From an uncultured delta proteobacterium (GTDB taxonomy: Bacteria; Desulfobacterota; Binatia; Binatales; Binataceae), in assembly GCA_963834535.1 (NCBI GenBank), contig CAWICC010000006.1, positions 51,438 through 115,437 on the forward strand: 64,000 nt of DNA, given 5' to 3'. Positions 1 through 10,956 of this stretch are shown here, piece by piece; the stretch's first letter is position 1; each line of letters opens with the position of its first letter. A program made the translations under genes and the position numbers. Below the pieces are notes generated by a model. That model did no database searches and was not told the origin of the DNA. It saw nothing but the letters and a program-made list of their open reading frames with translations.

Positions 1-1
1 G

Positions 2-301
2 AAGGCTCACGCCTGCGGGCTGAAAGTGATCCTCGGCATTCTTCCGATCAAGCGCGAGTCGATGGCCAACTATCTCAAGGATCGGATCGCCGACTTAAGC
101 GGCGCCGGGCAGCATCTTGATCGTTACGCCGGGATGTCGGAAGAGGAAGCGAGGCGCATGTCGATCGAAGAGAACATCAAATTGATGAGCACGCTGGCTC
201 GCGAGGTCGCGGGCTTCAATATCATGAGCGGCGGTGGTCCCTCGCTCGCGATCGAGCTTGCGCTCGAATGGAACCGCTATCAAAGTACGGCCGGGCATTA
301 G
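2..301 (+). CDS. C-terminal part of a probable methylenetetrahydrofolate reductase-like protein (5' truncated by window edge)
   Basis: Frame is open from the window start (KAHACGLKVILGILPIK...VAGFNIM), resembling the MTHFR C-terminal barrel; lies next to folE. Confidence 0.45.
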   Translation, partial: KAHACGLKVILGILPIKRESMANYLKDRIADLSGAGQHLDRYAGMSEEEARRMSIEENIKLMSTLAREVAGFNIMSGGGPSLAIELALEWNRYQSTAGH

Positions 302-322
302 CGCCGGACCGAGGTAAACAAC

Positions 323-898
323 ATGGCTGAAAACCGGGCATCGGTGGAGGAGGCGGTCCGCGTCCTCCTGAGGCATTGCGGAGAGGATCCCCAGCGCGAG
401 GGTCTGGCGAATACGCCCGAGCGCGTGGCCAAATCGCTCGAGTTTCTGACGCGCGGCTACGACGAGGATCCCAAGGTCGCGATCAACGGCGCGCTCTTCA
501 CCGAGGAAGACTACCAGGAGATGATCCTGTGCAAGAACCTCGATTTCTACTCGCTCTGCGAGCATCACATGCTGCCGTTCTTCGGCAAGGCGCACGTTGC
601 CTATCTGCCGAATCGCCGGATCGTCGGGCTGTCGAAAATCGCCCGCATGGTCGAAATCTACGCCCGCCGCCTCCAGGTGCAGGAGCGAATGACGACGCAG
701 ATCGCCCATACCATCATGGAGGAGATCGAGCCGCTCGGCGTCGCGGTCGTGCTCGAGGCCGAACATCTGTGCATGCGGATGCGCGGAGTTGAAAAGCAGA
801 ATTCGTACGTCACGACCTCGGCGATGCTCGGCGTCTTCCGCACCAATCACGAAACCCGGCAGGAGTTCATGAATCTGCTGCGCAACGCCAAGGCCTAG
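323..898 (+). CDS. folE: GTP cyclohydrolase I
   Basis: [48 protein letters not shown] motifs; GAGG RBS. Confidence 0.97.
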   Translation: MAENRASVEEAVRVLLRHCGEDPQREGLANTPERVAKSLEFLTRGYDEDPKVAINGALFTEEDYQEMILCKNLDFYSLCEHHMLPFFGKAHVAYLPNRRIVGLSKIARMVEIYARRLQVQERMTTQIAHTIMEEIEPLGVAVVLEAEHLCMRMRGVEKQNSYVTTSAMLGVFRTNHETRQEFMNLLRNAKA

Positions 899-920
899 CG
901 CGAACGAGAGTCGTGCACCG

Positions 921-1610
921 ATGAAGACCACCGCAGATGTCAATCTACTCGATGCGCTCGGCACCTACGCGCTGCGCTACTTCAAGCCGGGGCAGGCGAT
1001 TGGGCTCGGCACCGGCCGTGCTGCCAGCGCCTTCCTTCGCGCCCTCGGCGCTAGCGGGATGCCGGTGCGCGGCGTCGCGACCTCCAGCGGCGCCGCCGAC
1101 CTCGCCCGCTCGCTCAAGTTCAACGTCGTCGATCTGAGCGAAGCCCCCAGGCTCGCGACCGACTTCGACGGCGCCGACGAAGTGGACGGGCGCCTCAACC
1201 TGATCAAGGGCCTCGGCGGCGCGATGGTGCGCGAGAAAGTCGTCGCCGCCGCGTCGCGCAAGCGCATCTTTCTTGTCGGCGAGGAGAAGCTCGTGAAGCG
1301 GCTCGGCCAGCACGGCAATTTGCCGATCGAGGTGGTGCCGTTCGCGGCGGCGCTGGTCGAACGCCGGATTCTCAAGCTCGGGCTCAAGCCGAACCTCCGC
1401 AAGGACCCCAACGGCACCGCAATCGTCAGCGACAACGGCAACCTCATCTTCGATTGCGCAGTCGGTGAGATCCGCAAGCCGGCGCGACTGGAACGCGACC
1501 TTCTCGCAATTCCCGGCGTCGTCGGCACTGGACTCTTCATCGGCATCGCGGACCTCGTTCTGGTCGCGATGCACAACGGCAAGATCAAAACGATGCGCCG
1601 CAAACACTGA
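921..1610 (+). CDS. rpiA: Ribose-5-phosphate isomerase A
   Basis: GLGTG, DGADEVD, IKGLGGA..REK, IPGVVGTGLF motifs. Confidence 0.95.
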   Translation: MKTTADVNLLDALGTYALRYFKPGQAIGLGTGRAASAFLRALGASGMPVRGVATSSGAADLARSLKFNVVDLSEAPRLATDFDGADEVDGRLNLIKGLGGAMVREKVVAAASRKRIFLVGEEKLVKRLGQHGNLPIEVVPFAAALVERRILKLGLKPNLRKDPNGTAIVSDNGNLIFDCAVGEIRKPARLERDLLAIPGVVGTGLFIGIADLVLVAMHNGKIKTMRRKH

Positions 1611-1750
1611 TTCGGAGAGCGCACCGGCGGATCGCGGCGGAACGATCTAACGAGCTGCGACATGCGCGAACAGAGAATCTGAGATGCGACCTTTCGTGGC
1701 CTGGCGGGCGCCCCAATCATCGCAAGGCGCCAATCGCTGACTGACGCACG

Positions 1751-3121
1751 GTGTCCATCACCAACACAAGCTATCCACCGTCGCGCACCGGCGCCCGTGC
1801 CGACCTGATGCGTATTTATGCCGCCGCGGTCGCTGCCGTCGATCCCCATCGCATCATCGCGCGCGTGCTCAGCGAGGACGCTGCAGGACCATCCGCCGTT
1901 GTCCGTTCGCTGATCGATCGCGTCCATGGCGTGCGATTGCTCGCGATCGGCAAGGCCGCGATCGGCATGGCCGCCGCCGCCGAGGAGTGTCTCGCCGGGC
2001 GCATCATCGAGGGCCTCGTCATTGCTCCTGCCAGTATCGCGGCTGGCGGCGAGGCGGCGGCTTTGCGCTCGCGCGTGTTGCCATCCGCCCATCCCCTGCC
2101 CGACGCGACCTCCGTCGCGGCTGCCCGCGCAGCGCTCGAACTCGCCGCTCGCGCGCGCCCCGGCGAACTCTTGCTGCTCGCCCTCAGCGGCGGCGCGTCC
2201 GCCCTGGTCGCGATGCCCGCGGGCGCCGTCGCCCTCGACGACAAAATCGCGGTGACCTCGGCGCTGATGCGCGCGAGCGCGACGATTCGCGAACTCAATA
2301 TCGTGCGCAAGCATCTCTCCGCGATTAAGGGCGGCCGCCTGCTCGCCGCCACCGCCGACGGCGTCGAGGTCCTTACCCTCATCCTTTCCGACGTGCCCGG
2401 CAACGACCTCGCAACGATCGGTTCGGGTCCCACCGTCGCCGACCCGACCTCCTATACCGACGCGATCGGTGTGCTCAAGCGGCGCGGCGCGTGGGGGCGT
2501 GCGCCCGAAGCCGTGCGCGGCCATCTCGAACGCGGCGCCGCAGGCGAGTTCAGCGAGACGCTCAAGGTCGGCAATGCCGCCCTGGCGCGCGCGACCAACG
2601 TCATCGTCGGCGACAACCGGATCGCCGTGGATGCCGCCGCCGGCGCCGCGCGGGCGCTCGGATACCGTGTCGATCGCGCCCGGGAACTCGGCGGCGAGGC
2701 TAACGAACTGGGGCGCGCCATCGCGCGCCAGGCGAGCGAAATCGGCGCCGATCGCGTCTGCCTGATCGCCGGCGGCGAGCCCGTCGTGACGGTCACGGGT
2801 AACGGCCGCGGCGGGCGCGCTCAGCAATGCGCCTTGGCGATGGGTATCGAATTGGCCAGCCTCGCCGCCGGCCGCAAAAATACCCGGCGCGTGATCGCCC
2901 TCTTCGCCGGCACCGATGGTATCGACGGCCCCACCGACGCAGCCGGTGCGATCGCAGCCTCCGAGACCCTCGCGCGCGCGGCCGCAGCCGGCCTCGATCC
3001 GCAGGCGGCGCTGGTACGCAACGACGCCTACAGTTTCTTCAAGGCCCTCGGCGACCTCGTCATCGTTGGCCCCACCGGCACCAATGTCGCCGACCTCATG
3101 GTCGTCCTCGTCAACTATTGA
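1751..3121 (+). CDS. Glycerate 2-kinase (DUF4147/MOFRL, TtuD type)
   Basis: GKAA, HPLPD, LSGGASAL, RKHLSAIKGGRL, SDVPG..IGSGPT, GTDGIDG, GPTGTNVAD. Confidence 0.92.
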   Translation: MSITNTSYPPSRTGARADLMRIYAAAVAAVDPHRIIARVLSEDAAGPSAVVRSLIDRVHGVRLLAIGKAAIGMAAAAEECLAGRIIEGLVIAPASIAAGGEAAALRSRVLPSAHPLPDATSVAAARAALELAARARPGELLLLALSGGASALVAMPAGAVALDDKIAVTSALMRASATIRELNIVRKHLSAIKGGRLLAATADGVEVLTLILSDVPGNDLATIGSGPTVADPTSYTDAIGVLKRRGAWGRAPEAVRGHLERGAAGEFSETLKVGNAALARATNVIVGDNRIAVDAAAGAARALGYRVDRARELGGEANELGRAIARQASEIGADRVCLIAGGEPVVTVTGNGRGGRAQQCALAMGIELASLAAGRKNTRRVIALFAGTDGIDGPTDAAGAIAASETLARAAAAGLDPQAALVRNDAYSFFKALGDLVIVGPTGTNVADLMVVLVNY

Positions 3122-3202
3122 ACGGCCCGCGAGCGGTCAGCCGGCGCGATTTTTCGCTGACTCTTTCGCGATCGGCGGCGCTTCGCTATTGATCAATGTC
3201 CT

Positions 3203-3811
3203 ATGCCGAAGCTGCTGAAACGCTCACAGGCGGGAGACGGCCGTCTGCCGCCCGGACAGTACCTCACGACGAATTTCCCGGTCCTCAGCTATGGCCCCAC
3301 GCCGCGCTTCAATCCGCAGAAATGGGATTTCCGCCTTATCGGTTTAGTCGACGAACCCTTGCGTCTGACCTGGGAACAGCTTCGCGCGTTGCCGAAGTCC
3401 GATCAGGTTTCGGATTTCCATTGCGTCACCACCTGGTCACGCTACGATAACCGCTGGACCGGCATTCACATTCGCGACCTGATGAAAATGGTCACGCTCA
3501 AACCCGCGGCGAAGCATGTCTTTGTGCTGTGCGACGGCGGGTACACCACCAACCTGTCGCTCGCGGAGTTCCTCGACGACGACGTCATGATCGCGTGGGG
3601 ACACGACGGCAAAGATCTCCACCCGGACCATGGCTTTCCGCTGCGGCTGGTAGTGCCGAAGCTGTACGGATGGAAAAGCGCCAAGTGGGTCCGCGCAATC
3701 GAGTTCACGGTCAACGACCGGCGCGGTTTCTGGGAGGTTCGCGGCTACCACAATCACGGCGACCCGTGGACCGAGGAACGCTACTCTTTTCTGGAAGATC
3801 CCGAGGACTGA
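3203..3811 (+). CDS. Sulfite oxidase-like molybdopterin oxidoreductase
   Basis: RLPPGQ, DFHCVTTWS, HGFPLRLVVPKLYGWKSAKW, GFWEVRGYH. Confidence 0.92.
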   Translation: MPKLLKRSQAGDGRLPPGQYLTTNFPVLSYGPTPRFNPQKWDFRLIGLVDEPLRLTWEQLRALPKSDQVSDFHCVTTWSRYDNRWTGIHIRDLMKMVTLKPAAKHVFVLCDGGYTTNLSLAEFLDDDVMIAWGHDGKDLHPDHGFPLRLVVPKLYGWKSAKWVRAIEFTVNDRRGFWEVRGYHNHGDPWTEERYSFLEDPED

Positions 3812-5505
3812 AGCGGCTTCGCCGGACGAAATTTCACGCTCTCAACATCTCGAACGCCTGCGCACCCAGGCCTTCGATGTCGCCGTCGTCGGCGGCGGCA
3901 TCAACGGTGCCGCAATCGCGCGTGACGCCGCGATGCGCGGCCTGAGTGTCGCGCTCGTCGATCGCGGTGACTTCGCCGGCGAGACTTCGTCGCGGTCGTC
4001 AAAGCTGATTCACGGCGGTCTGCGCTATCTGCCTCAAGGGCAATTACGGCTGGTGCGAGCCGCTCTCCGCGAGCGCGAACGCCTCCGCCGTCTGACCGCG
4101 CCGCATCTCGTCCATCCGATTCGCTTCCTCTTCCCATGCTTTCGCGGGCGTGCGCCGCGCAGGGTTTCCCTCTGGGCCGGGCTGATACTCTACGATTTGC
4201 TCGCGCGCATGCCGCCGTCCGATCGCCATCGCCGGCTGTCCTCCGCCGCGGTGCGCGAGCAGGAACCTCTGATCGCCGCGGCCGGGATGACCGGCGGCGC
4301 ACTCTACTACGACGGCTGGGGCGACGACGCCCGCCTGACGCTCGAAAATGCCATCGACGCCGCGATTCATGGCGCGGCGATTGCCAACTACGTCGCGATC
4401 GAAGGCTTCAACCACGCCGACGGCAGAATCGCCGCCGCCTCGGCGCGCGACCTGATTGGCAACGCGGCTTTCGTATTGCGCGCGCGCCATTTCGTTAACG
4501 CCACCGGTCCCTGGCTCGATGAGGTGCGGAGGTTGGATGACCCCGGCGTTGCGCCGATCGTGCGGCTCACCAAGGGCGTTCATCTGGTCGTGAGCGCGGC
4601 GCGGCTGACGGTCCGTAATTCAATCGTGCTGAGCGACGAAGCGGGGCGCATCGTCTTTATCATGCCGCGTGGCGGCTGGGTGATGATCGGCACCACCGAC
4701 ACCGATTTCGACGGCGACCGCGAACGAGTCGCCGCCACCGGTGCGGATACCGCCTACTTGCTCGGCGTGGTTAATCGTGCGCTGCCTGCGGCGGCTGTGC
4801 GCACCGCCGACGTCGCCTACAGCTTCGCCGGCTTGCGCGCGCTGGAAAGAGGCGAGGGCGGCCGCGCGCCGTCGTCGGTCTCGCGTGAGGAGATCGCAAT
4901 CGAGAGCGCGTCGGGACTGACCTCGATAGCCGGCGGCAAGCTCACGACTCATCGCGAGATCGCGCAGAAGATTGTCAATCGGCTGATGAAGAAATTGGGC
5001 CGGCCCGCCCGCATTCTGTCCCACCCTCGACACGCCGTTGCCCGGTGCGCGTGAGCGCGATGACGCGGTCGCTGCGGACGGCATCGTTTCGGCCGAGATC
5101 GCAACGATGCTCGCGCGCCGCTACGGCTCGCGCGCAGCGCTGGTCGCAGCCATCGTTAGCGCGCGCCCTGAATTGGCCGCGCGGATAGTTCCCGATGCGC
5201 CTGCGATTCGCGCCGAAGTCGTGCATGCTATTCGGGTCGAAATGGCCCGTCGGTCAGCGATTTTCTCGTGCGGCGAACCTCGATGGTCTGGCGCGATCCC
5301 GCCGCGGCGATCGCCGCGGCGCCGGAGGTCGCGCGGCTGATGGGCGCGGAACTCGGTTGGAGCGATCGAGCGCGTCGCCACTGAGATCGACGATTTCTTC
5401 ACCCGCCACGCCTTGCGCGACCACCCTGCGAAACCGGGCGGAGAGCACTGCGTCAATGATTCCGGCGAGGATGCCGATGCGCGCATCGCGAACAAAATCG
5501 GATAA
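3810..5505 (+). CDS. glpD: FAD-dependent glycerol-3-phosphate dehydrogenase, interrupted by three apparent frameshifts (~5010, ~5249, ~5367)
   Basis: FDVAVVGGGING lies upstream of the called ATG 3933; TSSRSSKLIHGGLRYL, DDARL, IGTTD, GGKLTT; C-terminus recovered in other frames (PTLDTPLPGA, EMA, SVSDFLVRRT, ELGWS). Start uncertain. Confidence 0.8.
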
Positions 5506-6232
5506 ACGATCGCCGCCGCGATGGCCCCGCAAGGCTGCGGCGAAACCCGCGACCAAGTCGGCCGATCGCGCGCGGCGCATCGCCGCGACGCTTGCGCAGC
5601 TCTATCCCGAGGCGCGCATCAGCCTCGATTTCGCCACGCCCTGGCAATGCCTCGCCGCGACCATCCTGTCTGCTCAATGCACCGACGAGCGCGTCAATCG
5701 CGTCACGCCCGACTTCTTCCGGCTGTTTCCCGACGCGCCCGCGACCGCCGCGGCCTCGCGCGAACGAATGCAGGAGTTGATCGTCACGACCGGCTTCTTT
5801 CGCCAGAAGGCTAAATCACTGCAGGCCGCTGCGCAGGCGCTGGTCGATCGCTTCGGCGGCCGAAATGCCCGATCGGATGGAGGATCTCGTCACGCTGCCC
5901 GGCGTCGGCCGCAAAACCGCCAACGTGATTCTCGGGCATGTGCACGGCCTGCCCGGGATGGTCGTCGATACCCACGTGCGGCGCGCTGTCGCGCCGCCTC
6001 GGACTGACCCGTAATCAGGACCCGGAAAAGATCGAATTCGACATGCAGCGGCTACTGCCCTCAGCCGAGTGGACCCACTTTTCGATGCGCCTCATACTGC
6101 ACGGGCGCCAGGTCTGTTTTGCACGCGCGCCGCGATGTGCCGCAATGCGCACTGCTGCCGGATTGTCCGCAGGTGGGAGTCGCTGCCGCGATTCGCGCGC
6201 ACAGTCGCGATAAATTCCGCCAACGCCCGTAA
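5471..6232 (+). CDS. nth: Endonuclease III, interrupted by three apparent frameshifts (~5861, ~5985, ~6144)
   Basis: [48 protein letters not shown]....CP recovered by switching frames. Confidence 0.85.
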
Positions 6233-6399
6233 ATGAGCCGAAAATCGCCCTGAAGACAGCTCGAATAGCCCACCTTGGACGCGGCTTTGGATCTGCCTGC
6301 GGAGGCGCGGCGCGGCGAAATCGGTCGTGTCGGCGTATTGGAGCCTGATCGATGACATGTAATAATCGACACTTGCGCCCGCGACTGGTATCGGGCGTT

Positions 6400-6945
6400 A
6401 TGGCCGTGAAGCTTCGGGTAGATGATATAACGGCCGATGCGAAGGAAATTTCCTTCTCCGAGCCGGAAGGGGAGATCAATCGCGCACTCGGCTTGGGACC
6501 AATCAGGGAATATCGCCTGGAAGGACCGGTGAATGTCGCGTTGACCTACTATCGCGCGGGCACCGAACTGTTCTTTCGCGGTGAATTCACGGCAGCCACC
6601 GTGGCTACCTGCGCCCGCTGTACCGAGGAGTTTATCGCGCCGAGTGGACGGCCGTTTCGTTATGTCCTGGCCCCGCGCTCCATCGGCGACGATGGTAAAG
6701 GTGATCTGCGCACAGAGGACCTGGAGTTTTCGCTTTATGATGGAGAAGAGGTCGATTTGACGCCGCTGATTCGCGAACAGATGCTGCTGGCGCTCCCCAC
6801 CCGGCCGCTATGCCAGGAAGATTGCCGCGGATTGTGTCCGCAATGCGGTGCTAATCTTAACGATCGCGACTGCGGTTGCGTGGTCGAAACCACCGACGCC
6901 CGTCTCGCAGTCCTGAGCTCGCTCAAGGTTCGCCGGCCGAATTAA
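6400..6945 (+). CDS. yceD: DUF177/YceD ribosome biogenesis protein
   Basis: CARC, PLCQEDCRGLCPQCGANLN, DARLAVL; upstream of rpmF. Confidence 0.92.
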   Translation: MAVKLRVDDITADAKEISFSEPEGEINRALGLGPIREYRLEGPVNVALTYYRAGTELFFRGEFTAATVATCARCTEEFIAPSGRPFRYVLAPRSIGDDGKGDLRTEDLEFSLYDGEEVDLTPLIREQMLLALPTRPLCQEDCRGLCPQCGANLNDRDCGCVVETTDARLAVLSSLKVRRPN

Positions 6946-7046
6946 CCCCGGCGGCGCTCCATCACGCCTAATACCTATAACCCACAAGTATATTCGCCGG
7001 GAATTTCAGCTCGCTAAACTATTTCTGCCTTTGGAAGATAATCGCC

Positions 7047-7226
7047 ATGCAAGCACCCAAACGACGTACTTCACGTTCCAAGCGTAACATGCGCCGCGCT
7101 CATGATGCGTTGCGCCCGGTCAACCCCATCGCGTGCCCCAACTGCGGCGAGCCCGCGCTGCCCCATCGCATCTGCGGCCATTGCGGCATTTATCGCGGTC
7201 GTGAACTGGCCGCCGTCAAGGAGTAA
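7047..7226 (+). CDS. rpmF: 50S ribosomal protein L32 (not in supplied ORF track, 59 aa)
   Basis: Read manually: MQAPKRRTSRSKRNMRRAHDALRPVNPIACPNCGEPALPHRICGHCGIYRGRELAAVKE*; between yceD and plsX. Confidence 0.97.
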   Translation: MQAPKRRTSRSKRNMRRAHDALRPVNPIACPNCGEPALPHRICGHCGIYRGRELAAVKE

Positions 7227-7244
7227 GGCGGTAGAGGCGCAAAC

Positions 7245-8660
7245 GTGAAAATCGCGCTTGACGCGATGGGGGGCGACCTCGCTCCCGCCGCCGTGATTGA
7301 AGGCGCAGTTCTGGCCGCCCGCGACTTCGGCGTCGAGATCGTCCTCGCGGGTGATCGTGACATCATCGCGCGCGAACTCGCCGGCTACAAAACCGGCGGC
7401 CTCGCCATCGAAATCCAGCACGCCAGCGAAGTCGTCGCCATGGACGACTCGCCCTTGGAATCGGTACTGAACAAACCCGATTCCTCGATTCATATCGGCC
7501 TCGAGTTGGTCAAGCAGGGCCGCGCCGACGGCTTCGTCAGCGCGGGAAATTCCGGCGCGATGATGGCCGCGGCAATGGCTATCCTCGGCACCCTTCCCGG
7601 CGTTGATCGCCCCGCCATCGCTTCGCTGGTGCCGACCACCGCCGGCTTCGCCCTGCTCATCGATGCTGGCGCGAACACCGAGGTCAAGGCTCTCCACTTG
7701 ATGCAGTTTGGCGTGATGGGCAGCGTGTACTGGCATCGCGTGCACAATGGCGTCAACCCGCGCGTCGCCATTCTGTCCAATGGCGAGGAGGAGTCCAAGG
7801 GCACCGACCTGACCCGGGCGGCCGCTAACGCGCTCAAGCAGATGGCGCCCCGCATCAATTACATCGGCTACGTCGAGGGCCGCGACATCAACAAGGCCAA
7901 GGCCGACGTCGTCGTGACCGACGGCTTCACCGGCAACGTCGCCCTCAAGACGATGGAAGGGTTCGCGTCGTTCATGCTCGGCAATCTGCGCGAGATCTTT
8001 TCGAGCGGAATCATGCGCCGGCTCGCTTACCTGCTGGTCCGCAAGAAGCTCAATGCGGTGCGCGAGCGGCTCGACCCCGCGGAATATGGCGGCGCGCCGC
8101 TGCTCGGCGTCAACGGTGTCGCGATTATCGCGCACGGTTCGTCCAACGCCCGCGCCATTCGCAACGCTATTCGCGCCGCCGCCAACGAGTCGCTGGTGCG
8201 GCAGGTGAACTCAGACATTATCGAGATCCTCGCCGTGCACAGCCCCGCGACGATGATCGTGAAGCCGTCCAGCAAAGGCATTCGCGGGCTTTTCGTCCGG
8301 ATGCGCGAGCGGCTTCATATTCATCGCGAGGCTCATCCCGAGCGCAAGCCCGAACGCTTCAGCAAGGGCGAGAAATCCGATCGTCCCGAACGACCAGACC
8401 GTGGTGAAGCTTTTGACGCGGCACACCCAGGCGGCTTTGCTGCGGCTCCGGCCTCGCATCCGCACGACGACAGTCCTGCCGACGCGACCGCTCCTAAACC
8501 GGGTACCGGTGGATTTCCTTCGACCCTTGCGCCCAACGGCACCGCTGGCCCGACCGACGCGCACGGTGGCGGTGTCGATACGCTCGGACCCGATGCGGCC
8601 GATCGCGGTGGTGAACCGTCCTCACACGAAGGCCATCCGCCCAAGAGTGGAAATTCCTGA
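7245..8660 (+). CDS. plsX: Phosphate acyltransferase PlsX with long C-terminal extension
   Basis: IALDAMGGD, SAGNSGA, DRPAIA, DAGAN, NGEEESKG, DGFTGNVALK, GGAPLLGV, HGSS. Confidence 0.96.
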   Translation: MKIALDAMGGDLAPAAVIEGAVLAARDFGVEIVLAGDRDIIARELAGYKTGGLAIEIQHASEVVAMDDSPLESVLNKPDSSIHIGLELVKQGRADGFVSAGNSGAMMAAAMAILGTLPGVDRPAIASLVPTTAGFALLIDAGANTEVKALHLMQFGVMGSVYWHRVHNGVNPRVAILSNGEEESKGTDLTRAAANALKQMAPRINYIGYVEGRDINKAKADVVVTDGFTGNVALKTMEGFASFMLGNLREIFSSGIMRRLAYLLVRKKLNAVRERLDPAEYGGAPLLGVNGVAIIAHGSSNARAIRNAIRAAANESLVRQVNSDIIEILAVHSPATMIVKPSSKGIRGLFVRMRERLHIHREAHPERKPERFSKGEKSDRPERPDRGEAFDAAHPGGFAAAPASHPHDDSPADATAPKPGTGGFPSTLAPNGTAGPTDAHGGGVDTLGPDAADRGGEPSSHEGHPPKSGNS

Positions 8661-8672
8661 AAGAATGGCACG

Positions 8673-9635
8673 ATGATGAAGGTAGCTTTTCTGTTTCCGG
8701 GCCAAGGGTCGCAAAAGGTCGGTATGGGTGCCGATCTGGCGCGCGAATTTCCCGCTGCGCGCCGCGTCTTCGAGGAAGCCGACGAGGCTCTCGGCATGGC
8801 GCTTTCGCGCCTCTGCTTCGAGGGTCCGGAGGAGGACCTGCGCCTGACTGCGAATACGCAGCCGGCGACGCTCGCGACTTCGATCGCGGCACTGCGCGCC
8901 TTCACCTCCGAGTGCTCGATTACGCCGGCACTCGCCGCCGGCCACAGCCTCGGCGAATACAGCGCATTGGTCGCCGCGGGCGCGATTACGCTCGGCGACG
9001 CCTTGCGCGCGGTGCGCGAGCGCGGCCGCCTGATGCAGGAGGCTTGTCCGCCGGGGCAGGGTGCGATGGCCGCCCTCATCGGACTCGATCTCGCGGCAGT
9101 GCAGGAGTTCTGCGCGGTGGCCTCGACTGGTGGCGAAATCGCGGTGCCGGCCAATCTGAACGCTCCCGGCCAAATCGTGATTTCGGGTAGCGCCGGAGCG
9201 GTGCGCCGCGCGCTCGAAGCGGCCAAGACGCGCGGTGCGGGCGCGTCGGTCGAGCTGAAGGTCAGCGCCCCGTTCCATTGCCCGCTGATGCAGCCGGCGC
9301 GCGATGGCATGGCGCCGGTGCTCGACCGACTGACGATTAGCCCATTGCAGTTTGGCGTTATCGCCAATGTCACCGCCGCGGTCAATCACGACCCGGCGCG
9401 AGTCAAGCCGCTGCTGATCGAACAGATTACCGGATCGGTTCGCTGGGAAGAGTCAATGGCAGCGCTGGCGGCAGCGGGTATCGCGGAGACTATCGAATTC
9501 GGCGCGGGCCGCGTGCTGGCGGGTCTGATGCGGCGCATCAATCGCAACATCAAGGTGCGCGCCGCCGAAGATGCGGCGTCGGTGCGGGCGGCGATTAAGG
9601 CGCTGACTGCCAATTCCGCCGACGCCAGCGCATAG
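8673..9635 (+). CDS. fabD: Malonyl-CoA:ACP transacylase
   Basis: FPGQGSQ, TQPA, GHSLGEY, VSAPFH, VRWEES. Confidence 0.97.
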   Translation: MMKVAFLFPGQGSQKVGMGADLAREFPAARRVFEEADEALGMALSRLCFEGPEEDLRLTANTQPATLATSIAALRAFTSECSITPALAAGHSLGEYSALVAAGAITLGDALRAVRERGRLMQEACPPGQGAMAALIGLDLAAVQEFCAVASTGGEIAVPANLNAPGQIVISGSAGAVRRALEAAKTRGAGASVELKVSAPFHCPLMQPARDGMAPVLDRLTISPLQFGVIANVTAAVNHDPARVKPLLIEQITGSVRWEESMAALAAAGIAETIEFGAGRVLAGLMRRINRNIKVRAAEDAASVRAAIKALTANSADASA

Positions 9636-9893
9636 AAATAGCCGCAAGTGATCGAAAAAGTGTTAAATTCGCAAAGTATCGGCGCGCCGATGGGATCCGC
9701 AACTTGCCAGCGCACCTTCAAGTCCATAAGCTGCCCGCTTAACCGCTCCATCAGCGAGGATGATTTCCTTATATGAGAGCGCGTCCACAAAATTGGCTCC
9801 GACCCACACTTTTCTTCTCGCTTCCGGCGGGCGGCAGCTACGAATCCCGGCTATGGCAGCAAATGCCGGGCTGACAGGAGGAACGTAAGTACG

Positions 9894-10133
9894 ATGGCGA
9901 GTGATGTCGAAGCAAAGGTTCGGGAGATTATTAGCGAGCAGCTTGGAGTGGCGGCCGACGAGGTCACGCCGGAGGCTTCCTTTATCGAAGACCTGGGCGC
10001 AGATTCGCTCGATATCGTCGAACTGGTGATGGCGCTCGAGGAAGAGTACGGGATGGAGATTTCGGACGAGGACGCCGAGAAGATCCGCACGGTCAAGGAT
10101 GTCGTCACCTATATTGAGGCGCATAAGAGCTGA
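9894..10133 (+). CDS. acpP: Acyl carrier protein
   Basis: [19 protein letters not shown]; AGGAGG RBS. Confidence 0.98.
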   Translation: MASDVEAKVREIISEQLGVAADEVTPEASFIEDLGADSLDIVELVMALEEEYGMEISDEDAEKIRTVKDVVTYIEAHKS

Positions 10134-10158
10134 GCGTCGTCGCCAACCTCTTACGGTC

Positions 10159-10203
10159 CGCAATGATTGGTGGCCGCGGGATTCCTGCGGCCATTGCGTT
10201 TTG
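10159..10203 (+). terminator. Stem-loop downstream of acpP, probable intrinsic terminator
   Basis: TGGCCGC..GCGGCCA stem (10171-10193) followed by TTGCGTTTT. Confidence 0.5.
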
Positions 10204-10329
10204 ATGTGGCCCATCTCACAGACTGCGGGCCGGCAGAGCTTTGGCAGGCGCGAACGTGCGCCTCTCCCCGGCTCGCCCACACCTATCTTGCGATGCGCAG
10301 ATTCGCGCAAATGCGATAGCATCTAGACG

Positions 10330-10845
10330 ATGCGCTGTCCCTTCTGCCGCCATAAAGGCAACCGTGTCGTCGATTCCCGTATGTCGGGCGATGGATCGAC
10401 TATCCGGCGCCGGCGGATGTGCTCCTCATGCAAGCGGCGGTTCACCACCTACGAGAGGGTCGAGGAGGCGGCGCCGATGGTGGTCAAGAAGGACAGCCGT
10501 CGCGAGCCCTATGACCGCCATAAGGTGATCGCCGGGATCAAGCGAGCCTGCGAGAAGCGTCCGGTTTCGATGGAGACGATCGAGGAGATCGCGGATCGAA
10601 TCGAGGCAGCGGCTGCGGAACTGGGCGGTAAGGAAGTGCCCAGTCAGTTTATCGGCAGCACCGTGATGAACGAGCTTCATGGGATCGACCAGGTCGCATA
10701 CGTTCGCTTCGCTTCGGTTTATCGCTCTTTCAAGGATATCGATGAGTTCATGCACGAACTCGAGGATCTCATTCGCCTGCGCAAGGACGGCGCGCTCGCG
10801 CCGTCATCACATCCGCCGGAGAAAAAGAGCGATTCGCTCTCCTGA
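10330..10845 (+). CDS. nrdR: Transcriptional repressor NrdR
   Basis: MRCPFC, RVVDSR, IRRRRMC..C..RFTTYE, ATP cone, [13 protein letters not shown]. Confidence 0.98.
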   Translation: MRCPFCRHKGNRVVDSRMSGDGSTIRRRRMCSSCKRRFTTYERVEEAAPMVVKKDSRREPYDRHKVIAGIKRACEKRPVSMETIEEIADRIEAAAAELGGKEVPSQFIGSTVMNELHGIDQVAYVRFASVYRSFKDIDEFMHELEDLIRLRKDGALAPSSHPPEKKSDSLS

Positions 10846-10956
10846 TCACGGTTCGTCCCGCAGGTCTCGCTGAGCAGCCGACCAGTGCCATCGCGATTAC
10901 CGTCGAATTCGTTGACTGCTGATATTGCTGTGACAGCGCGGATCTCAGTGGCAAGC

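Noticed and set aside
977-2827. Long antisense/alternate-frame ORFs (this one, 25817-27250, 28762-30090, 36189-37574, 41018-42427, 48930-50201 and others)
   Set aside because: Shadow ORFs of well-supported genes in GC-rich DNA with no recognisable motifs.
10276-10293. NrdR box upstream of nrdR
   Set aside because: Only the TATCTTG half matches; the left half does not fit the palindrome.
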